This document shows positions 7,222-17,014 of a stretch of DNA of 42,455 nt, one piece after another. The stretch comes from Flavobacteriales bacterium (GTDB lineage Bacteria; Bacteroidota; Bacteroidia; NS11-12g; UBA955): positions 1 to 42,455 of the forward strand of contig CANIZU010000001.1 of the NCBI GenBank assembly GCA_947472115.1, given 5' to 3'. Positions within the stretch are counted from its first letter, which is position 1. Every line of letters starts with the position of its first letter. Both the position numbers and the translations under genes were made by a program. The notes beneath the pieces were generated by a model. The model was not told the origin of the DNA. It made no database searches and saw only the letters and a list, made by a program, of their open reading frames with translations.

Positions 7222-10139
7222 TTTCCGAGCATATTGGTGGTCTTATTCCCCAATTTTTCGCCTTCCTTGCGCGCCGCTTCCTCTATCTGCGTCGCCTTTT
7301 CATTGGCCTCGTTATCTATTTTATCTGCCTTCGCATTTCCCTCCGCCTCGATTTTGTCTGCCAATTTATACCCTTCGGCCCGTCCCGATCCGGCCTTTTG
7401 TTCAGCAGATTTCAATAACTTATCGGCGGCGGCCCGAGTAATTTTTTTCTTGATAGGATCCCCTGCCGCCGCCACCAATGCATCGGCTTCTTTCTTGGCT
7501 TTGTCCATCGCCATCGTATAAGCCTGGTCCGTTTTACTGCGCTGCTCATTCGCCAAATTCTTCGCTGCCTGTCTCACCTGCTCCGACTGTTGCCTTGCCG
7601 CATTTCGAAGTTGTTGCGCTTTCTCCCCCGCCACACGGTTGATTTCGTCTAATTTTTTATTGACCTCGTTCCCAATCTTATCCTTCGCCTTGTCGATCAA
7701 AGGTTTCGCATATTGCTGTGCCGCGCCACGCCAATCGATCGACATCTTAGGTTGCTTCACATCGCCCTCAATCAAAAATGGCAGCGCTTTGCCTTTCACC
7801 ATCATCTTACCGCCTAAATGCAATTGTTTGTTCAAGTCCATATATCCGCCCATTTTCATCGATGCGTCTTTCGGCAATGCCACCGAAATCGAATCCTTTA
7901 ATGTGATTTTGCCGTTCTCTATGCCAAATCCGGCTTTCGTGGGCTTCAGTGCAAGCTTGGCGTCCTTTCCCCATTGCAATTGCTTGGCCGCATCGCTCAT
8001 CCATGTTGGGATGTCCAATTGACCGCTGAATAAATCAAACAATCCCGAAGCCGTCATCGAACCCCAATCGGGAGATAACGACGGTGAAAAACTCAATCCT
8101 GCCGTGGTTTGCAAGTTGGCTAAGCCTTGAATCCGACCTAAAATTGGGGCGTATTCTTTTATCAGGCTCAATGTATTGGCGATGTCGGATGGGTTGACAT
8201 TTAATATGTTAAAGTCGGTCGTAAACTGCGGCTTGCCCCCCAAAGGATAGCTGTAAGCCATGTTTTTCAGTTCCACTTTTGAGCCCAAGAACAAGGCCGA
8301 TAGCGGATCAACGGTCACTTTGCCATTGGCGACATCCAGCTTCGCGGTGGCTTGTTGGAATTTGTAATCTTGGAAATTCAATTGGCCTACGTTCATGTTG
8401 AGCATCAGGTTGAGGTTTTCGGGGATGTGCGGGGCGGAAGTAGCGATCGCACCGCTGGAATTTGCTGCATCATCCTTATTGTCAGTCCCGGCCGAAGCCG
8501 CCTCGGAAGCAACCACAGAACCATTATTATTCGAAGCATTAGAGCTACCTGAAGCCTCCTTACCCATCGCACCCATCCATTCGTTTAGGTCGATGCTTGC
8601 GCTGTTCACAATTAGAGAACCCGACAAAGTCTCCTTATTTAAATAGTACCCCAACATGTTTTGGAGTTTTCCATTCAGGCTCATCGCCGATTTTCCATAC
8701 TGAATTCCATCGCCCAAAACAGCAAAATCGCTAGGACTCACGCTGAGTGTCAAGCTTTTCATCGCCAAAGGAAGCGAACCGGTCGCATTGTACTTGATTT
8801 GGTTCAGGGCGATGTTCCCGCTCGCTTGTAGGTCGTTGAATTCTTTCTTCGCGATGGCGCTGTAATGTCCATTAAACGCAAAATGGGCTTTCACCTCACC
8901 CGAAATATCTGTCCCCGATTCCAAAGGAATCAGCTTTTTCCATTCGTCCAAATGCAGGTCGATATCAATCTTTCCCTTCGCGTAAGGGTTGCTAACCGGC
9001 GTCTTTAGATCCAGTTCTACCGAAATTGGGTCGCCGCCCAGCATTGCTTTCAATGGAGCAACGACGATATGGGTGTTGTCTGGATTGCCATCTGTGTTGT
9101 CCATTAAGAAGTTCAGCGAAACGTCACTCGCGCTCGCCGGCATCCCAGGATATTGGAAACCTGCTTTACTTACGTTGATCTCAGCATGGGTAGAAGGCAT
9201 CCGCAAATCGTCCATGATCCCTTTCATCAGGAACACGAGTTTCAAACTTCCCGATGCGTTTACGTCGGCGAAATTCTCTGTGTAACAGCCAGGAACCACA
9301 CTCAGGAACGACTTAAAATCACTGTTGGATGTGCGCACATCGATGTCCATATCCATGTCCTTTTCACGCATTTCTATCCATCCCTTGGCTTGAAGTGGCA
9401 ACGCATTGATTTTGAATTCGTTGTCGGCGAATCCAAAACGCATCTTTTTCAAATCCATATCGATGTTTGTGTTCGCATCAATTTTGGCATCGCTCAGCAG
9501 CGTCATTCCACCATACGACATTGTAAACTGATCGATCAGCAGATCGTTTTTTAGGGTAAAAATCTCATCGGCAAAATCCCCATTGGCGTGCCAGTTGAGG
9601 CCGTTGCTGGTGATTTCGAAGTCCATGGAATGATCAATGTAGTGCAACCGTGTATTTTCGATGGAGAGGTCGTTTATTTTGATGGCAACAGACGCCGCAG
9701 CGGTGTCTTGGGGTTGCGTTCCGGCGGTTGTATCAGGTTTTGCGAGGTCGAAGTTGGCCGCGCCACTCTTCAAAAAGATCACTTGAGCCCGGGCATCGTT
9801 GATAGCAATTTTACGAATCACAACGGTTTCGCCTTTCCAAATAGAGGCCAGGTCGAGGACCAGTCGAATGCTCTTCGCATCGATCAAAGTATCTTGTGCA
9901 AAGGAATCCACGCCCACCACTTTTACATCTTGAATGCCCAGGCTAAGGTTAGGAAAATTGCGGAGTAAGCTCAGGGAGATATCGTCGTTGAAGCTGACTT
10001 TCGCATTCAGGTTGTTGTTGGCGGCTTCTTTCACGGCGGTGACAATTTTGCCTTTGAATAGAAACGGCAGAATGAAAAGCAGGGCGATAAGTGCTACAAG
10101 GCTGATGCCTGAGATTTTAGCGATTTTTTTGAAATTCAT
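7218..10139 (-). CDS. AsmA-family outer-membrane biogenesis protein with a charged helical C-terminal tail
   Basis: N-terminal anchor MNFKKIAKISGISLVALIALLFILPF followed by a long beta-rich body typical of AsmA-like proteins. I chose the ATG at 10139 over the TTG at 10166 because it gives a canonical signal anchor. Confidence 0.7.
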   Translation of the reverse strand: MNFKKIAKISGISLVALIALLFILPFLFKGKIVTAVKEAANNNLNAKVSFNDDISLSLLRNFPNLSLGIQDVKVVGVDSFAQDTLIDAKSIRLVLDLASIWKGETVVIRKIAINDARAQVIFLKSGAANFDLAKPDTTAGTQPQDTAAASVAIKINDLSIENTRLHYIDHSMDFEITSNGLNWHANGDFADEIFTLKNDLLIDQFTMSYGGMTLLSDAKIDANTNIDMDLKKMRFGFADNEFKINALPLQAKGWIEMREKDMDMDIDVRTSNSDFKSFLSVVPGCYTENFADVNASGSLKLVFLMKGIMDDLRMPSTHAEINVSKAGFQYPGMPASASDVSLNFLMDNTDGNPDNTHIVVAPLKAMLGGDPISVELDLKTPVSNPYAKGKIDIDLHLDEWKKLIPLESGTDISGEVKAHFAFNGHYSAIAKKEFNDLQASGNIALNQIKYNATGSLPLAMKSLTLSVSPSDFAVLGDGIQYGKSAMSLNGKLQNMLGYYLNKETLSGSLIVNSASIDLNEWMGAMGKEASGSSNASNNNGSVVASEAASAGTDNKDDAANSSGAIATSAPHIPENLNLMLNMNVGQLNFQDYKFQQATAKLDVANGKVTVDPLSALFLGSKVELKNMAYSYPLGGKPQFTTDFNILNVNPSDIANTLSLIKEYAPILGRIQGLANLQTTAGLSFSPSLSPDWGSMTASGLFDLFSGQLDIPTWMSDAAKQLQWGKDAKLALKPTKAGFGIENGKITLKDSISVALPKDASMKMGGYMDLNKQLHLGGKMMVKGKALPFLIEGDVKQPKMSIDWRGAAQQYAKPLIDKAKDKIGNEVNKKLDEINRVAGEKAQQLRNAARQQSEQVRQAAKNLANEQRSKTDQAYTMAMDKAKKEADALVAAAGDPIKKKITRAAADKLLKSAEQKAGSGRAEGYKLADKIEAEGNAKADKIDNEANEKATQIEEAARKEGEKLGNKTTNMLGK

Positions 10140-10153
10140 GAGTAAAGTAGTTG

Positions 10154-10161
10154 CAAAAATA
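10154..10161 (-). promoter_or_regulatory. Candidate -7 box TATTTTTG for the AsmA-like gene
   Basis: The plus strand reads CAAAAATA, 14 nt upstream of the ATG at 10139, in the short gap after the DUF3089-like stop codon (10163-10165). Confidence 0.3.
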
Positions 10162-10162
10162 A

Positions 10163-11200
10163 TCAATGAGGGCGTTTGATAAACGTATCAACCCGTTTCT
10201 CCGCATTCTTCCGCACATCCAAATAGAACAAGTTGATGTCGCCGATGTGGTAGTTGGGATTCGTATAAAATCGACTACCCGGAAACTTTGGTTTAGTGAT
10301 CCATAAAATTCCGCCATGGACTTGGGCATCGCAAATTTTGGGTAGGGTGTTCGAAAAAGGCTTTAGAACGGCGCCCGCCTGCTTTGATTTGTCGATGTAT
10401 TCTTCGTTGAGTTCCCAGCTAATCGGATTCACACATACGGCGCGTTCCAATGCCAGCGGGTAATAAGGAGGTATATAACCTCGCTGGTAAGTGCTCCAGC
10501 TCAAAAAACATCCCGTAGCCGAATCATTGGCACAGGCGGGAAGACCCGGCAAGGAATCGTAAGGGACGGGCATGCCCACCAAATACGTGGCAACTAACTG
10601 CTGCTGCAACGGGGTGCCTAAAATATGCTCTTTGATGATGCGGGCCGCGTGAATGGTGCCCTGACTGTGCGATGCGATGATGATGGGCCGACCCTGATTC
10701 CAATGGGCCATATAGTAGAAAAATGCTTGCTCTACATCGTTGTAGGCGGTGTCGAGGGCGGCTTGTTTATCGTCTTTGTGCGGTGTCAGGAAAACGGAAT
10801 AATGGGCTTGACGGTATCGCGGGGCATAGATCTTTCCAGCGGCATTAAAGGCGGAGGCTTGGTATCGAATGGGACTTTCATCAACTGCATTATTCAGCGA
10901 TGCATCGCGCAGATCTTGGTTCCAGATGAATTCCGTTTTGGGCTTCTCAGTGTAGGTGGTTGGATGGATAAAGAACACGTCGGCCGGGGCATTGGCTTGG
11001 TTGTTTTTCAGGCCTCGAGGACAATCATCGGAGGGATCTTTTTTGGTGGGAAGGGCGCTCCAATTTTCTAGGTTTTGGTATTGGGGTGGGGGCGGACAAG
11101 GACTGAGAGAAAAACGCGTGGGGTTGCAATAGCCTTGAGCAAACGCATTGGATATCAGGATAGTAAGTAAGCTGAGTAATGAGACGATTCGTGTTGTCAT
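10163..11200 (-). CDS. DUF3089-like alpha/beta hydrolase (secreted)
   Basis: Signal peptide MTTRIVSLLSLLTILISNAFAQ. The nucleophile-elbow-like motif ASHSQGT and overall layout resemble the DUF3089 lipase-like family. Confidence 0.65.
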   Translation of the reverse strand: MTTRIVSLLSLLTILISNAFAQGYCNPTRFSLSPCPPPPQYQNLENWSALPTKKDPSDDCPRGLKNNQANAPADVFFIHPTTYTEKPKTEFIWNQDLRDASLNNAVDESPIRYQASAFNAAGKIYAPRYRQAHYSVFLTPHKDDKQAALDTAYNDVEQAFFYYMAHWNQGRPIIIASHSQGTIHAARIIKEHILGTPLQQQLVATYLVGMPVPYDSLPGLPACANDSATGCFLSWSTYQRGYIPPYYPLALERAVCVNPISWELNEEYIDKSKQAGAVLKPFSNTLPKICDAQVHGGILWITKPKFPGSRFYTNPNYHIGDINLFYLDVRKNAEKRVDTFIKRPH

Positions 11201-11323
11201 GTCAAAATTTTATCGAAGATAAAGCGGAGATTGGAATTGGAAGTTACGTCAGAGTAAAGGATTTTGGTGGAATCAAAATGCAAGGGCGCGACTTTTTAAT
11301 TATATTCGTTCAAAAATAATACT

Positions 11324-11755
11324 ATGTATACTGGTTTGGTTCATTTACACAATTTGTTGCGCTGGGTGATTGTGATCACCTTGGTTTGGTCGTTGATCAA
11401 CGCTTTTAAAGGCAAAAATGGAAAAGAAACTCTGATAATGATGATTTCATCCCACGTGATGTTGCTGATCGGTTTGGTTCAGTGGGTTGGCGGCGATTGG
11501 GGCCTAAAGCAAATCAAGAGTTTGGGTATGGGTGAGGCGATGAAAAATGCTGCGATTCGATTTTTTGCGGTGGAACACTCAATGATGATGGTGATTGCGG
11601 TGGTTTTGATCACGATCGGACATCGTTCGGCGAAGGCGGCAAAGCCTAATACCAAATGGTTTTTGCTGGCAGCGCTGTTGATTATCCTCTTTATGATGCC
11701 AGGACCGTGGAAGTCAGATCCAGCTTTGCAGCGCGGATTGTTCCCCGGAATGTAA
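11324..11755 (+). CDS. Small integral membrane protein, 143 aa, about 4 TM segments
   Basis: Four hydrophobic stretches with conserved His residues (VHLHN, VEHS). Function unknown. Confidence 0.6.
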   Translation: MYTGLVHLHNLLRWVIVITLVWSLINAFKGKNGKETLIMMISSHVMLLIGLVQWVGGDWGLKQIKSLGMGEAMKNAAIRFFAVEHSMMMVIAVVLITIGHRSAKAAKPNTKWFLLAALLIILFMMPGPWKSDPALQRGLFPGM

Positions 11756-11810
11756 AGGAGAGTATTTGTTGCTTCATATTTGGCAACATTTTTGATTAGT
11801 TTTCAGCCCT

Positions 11811-13277
11811 ATGAAATTCACCATCAAACAATCACTCTTATTGGGCTCCGCCCTGCTTTTTTTGTCGTTGATTTTTGGTTACACCGGCGCCTGGCTCTAC
11901 AATTCCAATGTGTTAAATCGCGCGTCTCATGGTCTGCAAATCGCCAGTGATGTGTCGATGGATCGTTCTGGAGTGCGGTCGATATCTGCGAATGGCGAAA
12001 TGCCTTCGGGTTTTGAGCAAGCTTCTGCATCGGCCACGCCCTCGGTGGTTTTCATTAAAACAGTGAGTACAGTGCAATACGATAGTCCTTTGAGTGGCTT
12101 GTTTTGGGATTTCGACCCCTTCGGTTCTCGCGGTCAGGCGGCCAGTACCGGCTCAGGTGTGATTGTGAGCAAAGACGGTTACATCGTAACCAATAACCAT
12201 GTGATCCAAGGGGCCGATAAAATCACCGTTGTGTTAAATAAGCCCAAAACGGAATATACCGCACGTGTGGTGGGCACCGACCCCAGTTCCGATTTGGCCG
12301 TGTTGAAAATCGAAGCTGTCAATCTGCCCGCCGTGGCCTTTGCCAATTCGGATTTGGTGAAAGTGGGTGAGTGGGTCCTTGCCGTGGGCAATCCCTTTAA
12401 TCTAACAAGTACCGTGACAGCCGGCATCGTGAGTGCCAAAGGCCGGAATATCAATATCGTAAAAAATCAGTTCCCCATAGAGAGTTTTATTCAGACCGAT
12501 GCGGCCATCAACCCAGGTAATTCAGGGGGTGCGCTGGTGAATCTTCGCGGCGAGTTGGTGGGCATCAATACCGCCATTCAAAGCAATACCGGCAGTTATT
12601 CGGGCTATGGTTTCGCCATTCCAGCCAATATCGTCATGAAAGTTGTCGCCGATTTGATGGACAATGGCGTGGTTTTGCGTGCTTTTTCGGGGATGACGGT
12701 CGGCGAGATGACCTCCGAAGAGATGAAGCGCTACAACCTTGGGACCGATGCGGTGAAGGTGGTGGATTTGCTAGAGGATGGACCTGCGGCTAAGTCGGGC
12801 TTGCAAATTGGCGATGTGATTACCCACATGGGCGGCGTTTTTGTGGATGGCAAACCGATGTTTGATGAGCATTTGGCTTACAAACGTCCCGGACAGGATT
12901 TGGATCTTACGGTGTTGCGGGCGGGTAAAACGTTGACGGTAAAACTGGTGCTGATTGGCAAAACCGAGAATCAGGCGTTGTTGATGAAAGGCGCGGTGAA
13001 TAGCAAATTGCTGGGCGCGGATTTTCAGCCGCTGGGGGAGACGGATAAGGTGAAATTGGGTCTAACATCCGGCATCCGATTGATCAACATTCAGAGGGGG
13101 AAAACCATCGCTCAAATGGGACTGGGCGAAGGCTTTGTGGTGGTAAAGTTCAATGGGAAATCGTATAGCGAGCCTGAGGATTTGATTTCTGCGATGGAAG
13201 GTGCGCGCGGCAAGATCGAAATCGTGGGGAAAGACCGCAACGGCAGCAACCAGAGCTTTAGCTTTTATAGTTATTGA
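11811..13277 (+). CDS. HtrA/DegP (Do) family serine endopeptidase with two PDZ domains
   Basis: Catalytic triad contexts TNNHVI, SDLAVLK and GNSGGAL, followed by two PDZ-like regions. Confidence 0.9.
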   Translation: MKFTIKQSLLLGSALLFLSLIFGYTGAWLYNSNVLNRASHGLQIASDVSMDRSGVRSISANGEMPSGFEQASASATPSVVFIKTVSTVQYDSPLSGLFWDFDPFGSRGQAASTGSGVIVSKDGYIVTNNHVIQGADKITVVLNKPKTEYTARVVGTDPSSDLAVLKIEAVNLPAVAFANSDLVKVGEWVLAVGNPFNLTSTVTAGIVSAKGRNINIVKNQFPIESFIQTDAAINPGNSGGALVNLRGELVGINTAIQSNTGSYSGYGFAIPANIVMKVVADLMDNGVVLRAFSGMTVGEMTSEEMKRYNLGTDAVKVVDLLEDGPAAKSGLQIGDVITHMGGVFVDGKPMFDEHLAYKRPGQDLDLTVLRAGKTLTVKLVLIGKTENQALLMKGAVNSKLLGADFQPLGETDKVKLGLTSGIRLINIQRGKTIAQMGLGEGFVVVKFNGKSYSEPEDLISAMEGARGKIEIVGKDRNGSNQSFSFYSY

Positions 13278-13310
13278 TTGCGTCCCGACCCAAAAGAATA
13301 TCTTTGCAGT

Positions 13311-14123
13311 ATGAACCCTGCAATTCCGAATTTACATTTTGCCGATTCCAACCGTTTTTTTGTGATGGCCGGACCTTGTGCTATTGAAGGCCGCGACATG
13401 GCATTTGAAATTGCGGAGCATTTGGTGGGCGTGAGTGAGCGCTTGCAATTGCCCCTGATTTTCAAAGGCAGTTACCGCAAGGCAAATCGTTCGCGGATGG
13501 ACTCGTTTACGGGCATCGGTGATGAAAAGGCGTTGCAGATTTTGGCCGAAGTGGGGGCACATTTCGGGATTCCTACGGTGACAGACATTCATGAATCTCA
13601 TGAGGCAGCTATGGCGGCGGAGTATGTCGATGTGTTGCAGATTCCAGCGTTTTTATTCCGACAGACAGAGTTGCTTGCGGCGGCGGCACGCACCGGAAAA
13701 TGGGTAAATATCAAGAAGGGTCAGTTTGCCGGCCCCGATGCCATGAAACACGCCATGCAGAAATGTGTGGATTGCGGGAATGATCGAGTGATGCTAACCG
13801 ACCGTGGAAATATGTTCGGCTACGGCGATATGGTCGTGGATTTTCGCAACATTCCGCAGATGCAACAGTTCGGCGCACCTGTGATTATGGATATAACCCA
13901 CAGTTTACAGCAGCCCAATCAAAGTTCTGGGGTTACGGGTGGCAAGCCTGAGCTGATCGAAACCATTGCCAAAGCTGCGATTGCTGTGGGTTGCAATGGT
14001 TTGTTTATCGAAACGCATCCTGATCCTTCTGTTGCCAAAAGCGATGGCGCCAATATGTTGCCATTGAATCAGTTTGAAGGTCTGATGCAAAAATTGATTC
14101 GCGTTCGCGAATCAATTTTATAA
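13311..14123 (+). CDS. kdsA: 3-deoxy-8-phosphooctulonate (KDO-8-P) synthase
   Basis: FVMAGPCAIE, FKGSYRKANRS, IPAFLFRQTELL and ITHSLQQP are typical of KdsA. The ATG at 13311 gives 270 aa; the track's 13278 start adds an unlikely extension. Confidence 0.9.
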   Translation: MNPAIPNLHFADSNRFFVMAGPCAIEGRDMAFEIAEHLVGVSERLQLPLIFKGSYRKANRSRMDSFTGIGDEKALQILAEVGAHFGIPTVTDIHESHEAAMAAEYVDVLQIPAFLFRQTELLAAAARTGKWVNIKKGQFAGPDAMKHAMQKCVDCGNDRVMLTDRGNMFGYGDMVVDFRNIPQMQQFGAPVIMDITHSLQQPNQSSGVTGGKPELIETIAKAAIAVGCNGLFIETHPDPSVAKSDGANMLPLNQFEGLMQKLIRVRESIL

Positions 14124-16883
14124 TTACTTCTTTTTCTTCTCGTCGGCAGGCTTGTCTGCGGGTGCAGCATCTCCATCGGCTGGAGCAGCAGCATCGCCGC
14201 CTTCCGCACCTGGCTTTACCTTCGCAGGTCGGGCTGGTCTAGCTGGACGTTCTTTCTTTGGCGCCTTCTTCGGAATCAAAATGTACTCCGCATCTGTCAA
14301 ATAAGATTCAGACTTGAACACCTTGAAGAAGCTCTTGCCTAAGGTAGGCTGATCTACTTTGTCGGTGATTTGGAAAGTGACGTTATTGATCACAAATCCG
14401 TTGATCTCCAATTTGTTGATCATGAACTTGTTGCTTGGCAACTTGGTCTTACCCACTTTCAATTTTTCGCCTTCCAAGAAGTCTTTCTTAATAATCAACT
14501 TCTCTTTGTACCACTGAGCGGCTACTTCCAAAGGAACCGCTGTGTATTTGCCGTCGATGTCAAATGCAAACGCAGTAGGGTCTTTATCCAACACCATCGC
14601 TGTGATGGTTGGCTTGCCAGCATTGTTGCCCAATTTAGCATGAACTGCATAGGAGATATCTAAACCGTTAACAACAGGAGCATCAGCCGCTTTTTTGGCT
14701 TTCTCCGCGCTGTCTTTTTCTTGCTTACCGATGTTGGTGTTGTTGATATCGACATCCTGATTCACTATCGCGCGAGAGATCTGACCTTCAAATCCGAAAC
14801 GAACGGTAGTTCTCCGGTTTTGTTGGTGCTGGAATTCATCACAAGCAACAAATGGCTTCTCATTCACGAATTTGATTTCAGAAGGTTTGTAGCGCTCGTA
14901 GTAACTCTTAACAACGTTACCCGCCGCATCCTTCTCAATCACCATCTTCTTTGTTCTGCCTTCAATATAAGGCGTAAGACCTGCTACTTCGCCGCCTTCA
15001 CACTTACAATCGTTGATCAACTGCATCTCACCATAACCACGGGCCACGATACGTGACGAATCGATTTTCCAGGTTTTCATCAAGTAGGTACGAGCACTGT
15101 CGGCACGACGTTGAGCCAATTTCACGTTGTAATCATAGCTAGAACGACAATCTGTATGAGATCCCAATTCCGTGATCAATTTAGGGTAACGCATCAAAAC
15201 TGTCTGAGCGAAAGTATCCAACACACGGGCTGCATCGCTACGAATGAATGCTTTGTCCAAATCATAGAAGATCGGAAGGGTGATCACCTTCTCCAATGGG
15301 TTTTCCAAACAGAAATCTTGCACCAACTCCGTGCTTAAACGGATACCATAAGTGGTTTTTTGTGCAGGTTCTGCTTCAAAGTAGTATTTCTCGGGGTATT
15401 TAGAGAAGATCTCGTAGTTGGTTTTTTCGCGCAATTTGGCTGTGTAAACCCCTTGATCATCGGCCTTCAATACCATTTTCGTGGTATCGCGGTCGTTCGT
15501 CAAAATCACCGTAGCACCGGCCAAAGGCTTTTTGGTGTTACAATCGGTAATGATACCGCGAATCGTAATAATGATAGGCGTGATATCGAACGAGTAAATA
15601 TCATCGTTGTTCTTTTTGTCGCCACGGTTACTACTAAAGAAACCTTTGTTGGCATTGCCCTCCATGAAAGTGATACCGAAGTCGTCACCACCTGAGTTGA
15701 TAGGCTCACGCATGTTTTCGCGCTCTCTCCAAACCCCGATTTCATCGGTAGGTTCGGCGTTGTTGATGTCCAAACCACCTAGCGTAGGCCATCCGTCTGA
15801 CGACCAATACAATTTAGTGTCGTGCTGGTTGAAGTAAGGATAGTACTCGTTTCCACGGGTGTTGATGTCTGGTCCTAAGTTAATAGGATTTCCCCATGAC
15901 TTTGAGCGTTTGCTGTAAGTAACGGCCCAAATATCAAATCCTCCCAAGCCACCTTCTCGGTTGGATGAGAAATACAATGTCTTGCCGTCAGGACTCAAAG
16001 CGGGGTGACCATAGGTATGGCCGGTATCTTCTTTGCAGAATTCTAGCGCTTCACCCAAAATCCATTCTGGGCCCACTTTTTTCAATTCGTAGATGGCACA
16101 TTTTTCCGATAAGCCTTTTTCACGGTGACCACACTGGGTGACATACATTGTGCTAAAGCGGCTATCGAAAGTCATTGGACCGTCGTTGGCTTTGGTACTG
16201 ATTTTATCGGTTTTGTCTTTGTATTGTGGAGCTCCCCACTTTTCTTTTCCTTTTTTACCTGTCTTTTCGATGCTCCAAATGTCAGTCCATGTTTCCATGG
16301 TTCCTTCGTATAAACGCTTGCTATTTCCGCCTTCACGATCCGAAACGAAGAACAATACATCGTCTTTTTTGCCGGCAATCATAGGCGACCAATCGTTGGC
16401 TTTTGTGTTGGCCGGTTTGAATGGCGCGACTTCGAATTGTGAGCTGTCATCGGTCCACTGCAGGGCCAATTCACAGCCTTGCTTGCGGACTTCTGCCATC
16501 GTGTCGCCTGGGACTTCCGCCAAGTAAACATCATATGCATCCAGTGCTGAAGGGTAATTTCCTGTCTTCTTGAGGAGGTTGGCTCTCATCAAAAGGGCTT
16601 TGGTGTTTTTTGGGTCAGACTTCAGGACTTTGTCGTACAAGCGAAGGGCTTTGTCGTACTCATCTGAAAGACGATAGGCTTCTGCTGCATAGTAAATCGC
16701 ATCGGCTTTTAGTTTTTTGTCTTTGGTTGATTTTGAAAACTCTTCAAAAATGATGGCCGACTGGCGATAGTAGCCTTGTTTGAACAGCTTGTCGGCTTCT
16801 TCGTATTTGGGTTTACAACCAGTTGCATAAAATGCAATGGCAATCAAAACGAGGGTAAAAATGGAGCTATATTTTGTACGCAT
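14124..16883 (-). CDS. Large OmpA-family lipoprotein: TPR, PD40/TolB-like repeats, CarboxypepD_reg-like domain, OmpA C-terminal domain and an extra C-terminal module
   Basis: Lipobox-like FYATGC after MRTKYSSIF. TPR-like N-terminus. PD40-like repeats (SPDGKTLYFSSNREGG, FFVSDREGG, FFSSNRGD). IRGIITDCNTKKPLAGATVIL. OmpA-like LGSHTDCRSSYDYNVKLAQRRADSARTYL. ATG at 16883 preferred over the track's start at 16964. Confidence 0.8.
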   Translation of the reverse strand: MRTKYSSIFTLVLIAIAFYATGCKPKYEEADKLFKQGYYRQSAIIFEEFSKSTKDKKLKADAIYYAAEAYRLSDEYDKALRLYDKVLKSDPKNTKALLMRANLLKKTGNYPSALDAYDVYLAEVPGDTMAEVRKQGCELALQWTDDSSQFEVAPFKPANTKANDWSPMIAGKKDDVLFFVSDREGGNSKRLYEGTMETWTDIWSIEKTGKKGKEKWGAPQYKDKTDKISTKANDGPMTFDSRFSTMYVTQCGHREKGLSEKCAIYELKKVGPEWILGEALEFCKEDTGHTYGHPALSPDGKTLYFSSNREGGLGGFDIWAVTYSKRSKSWGNPINLGPDINTRGNEYYPYFNQHDTKLYWSSDGWPTLGGLDINNAEPTDEIGVWRERENMREPINSGGDDFGITFMEGNANKGFFSSNRGDKKNNDDIYSFDITPIIITIRGIITDCNTKKPLAGATVILTNDRDTTKMVLKADDQGVYTAKLREKTNYEIFSKYPEKYYFEAEPAQKTTYGIRLSTELVQDFCLENPLEKVITLPIFYDLDKAFIRSDAARVLDTFAQTVLMRYPKLITELGSHTDCRSSYDYNVKLAQRRADSARTYLMKTWKIDSSRIVARGYGEMQLINDCKCEGGEVAGLTPYIEGRTKKMVIEKDAAGNVVKSYYERYKPSEIKFVNEKPFVACDEFQHQQNRRTTVRFGFEGQISRAIVNQDVDINNTNIGKQEKDSAEKAKKAADAPVVNGLDISYAVHAKLGNNAGKPTITAMVLDKDPTAFAFDIDGKYTAVPLEVAAQWYKEKLIIKKDFLEGEKLKVGKTKLPSNKFMINKLEINGFVINNVTFQITDKVDQPTLGKSFFKVFKSESYLTDAEYILIPKKAPKKERPARPARPAKVKPGAEGGDAAAPADGDAAPADKPADEKKKK

Positions 16884-17014
16884 TCGGAATCTTTCGATGG
16901 TTATGGGTTGTGTTTCGGGGAAACAGATTGAGTTTAAGATGCTAAATAATGAATTTAAAGGCAAACATCAAAGGAAATGCGTAAAAATAACGAGGATTTG
17001 ATGCCTAGCCGACA

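Noticed and set aside
14124-16964. N-terminal extensions offered by the ORF track (16964 for OmpA, 30348 for sucD, 31011 for the peroxidase, 10166 for AsmA, 13278 for kdsA, 40951 for yigZ)
   Set aside because: In each case an internal start gives a canonical N-terminus (signal peptide or conserved first motif), and the extension either has no homology-like features or overlaps the upstream gene.
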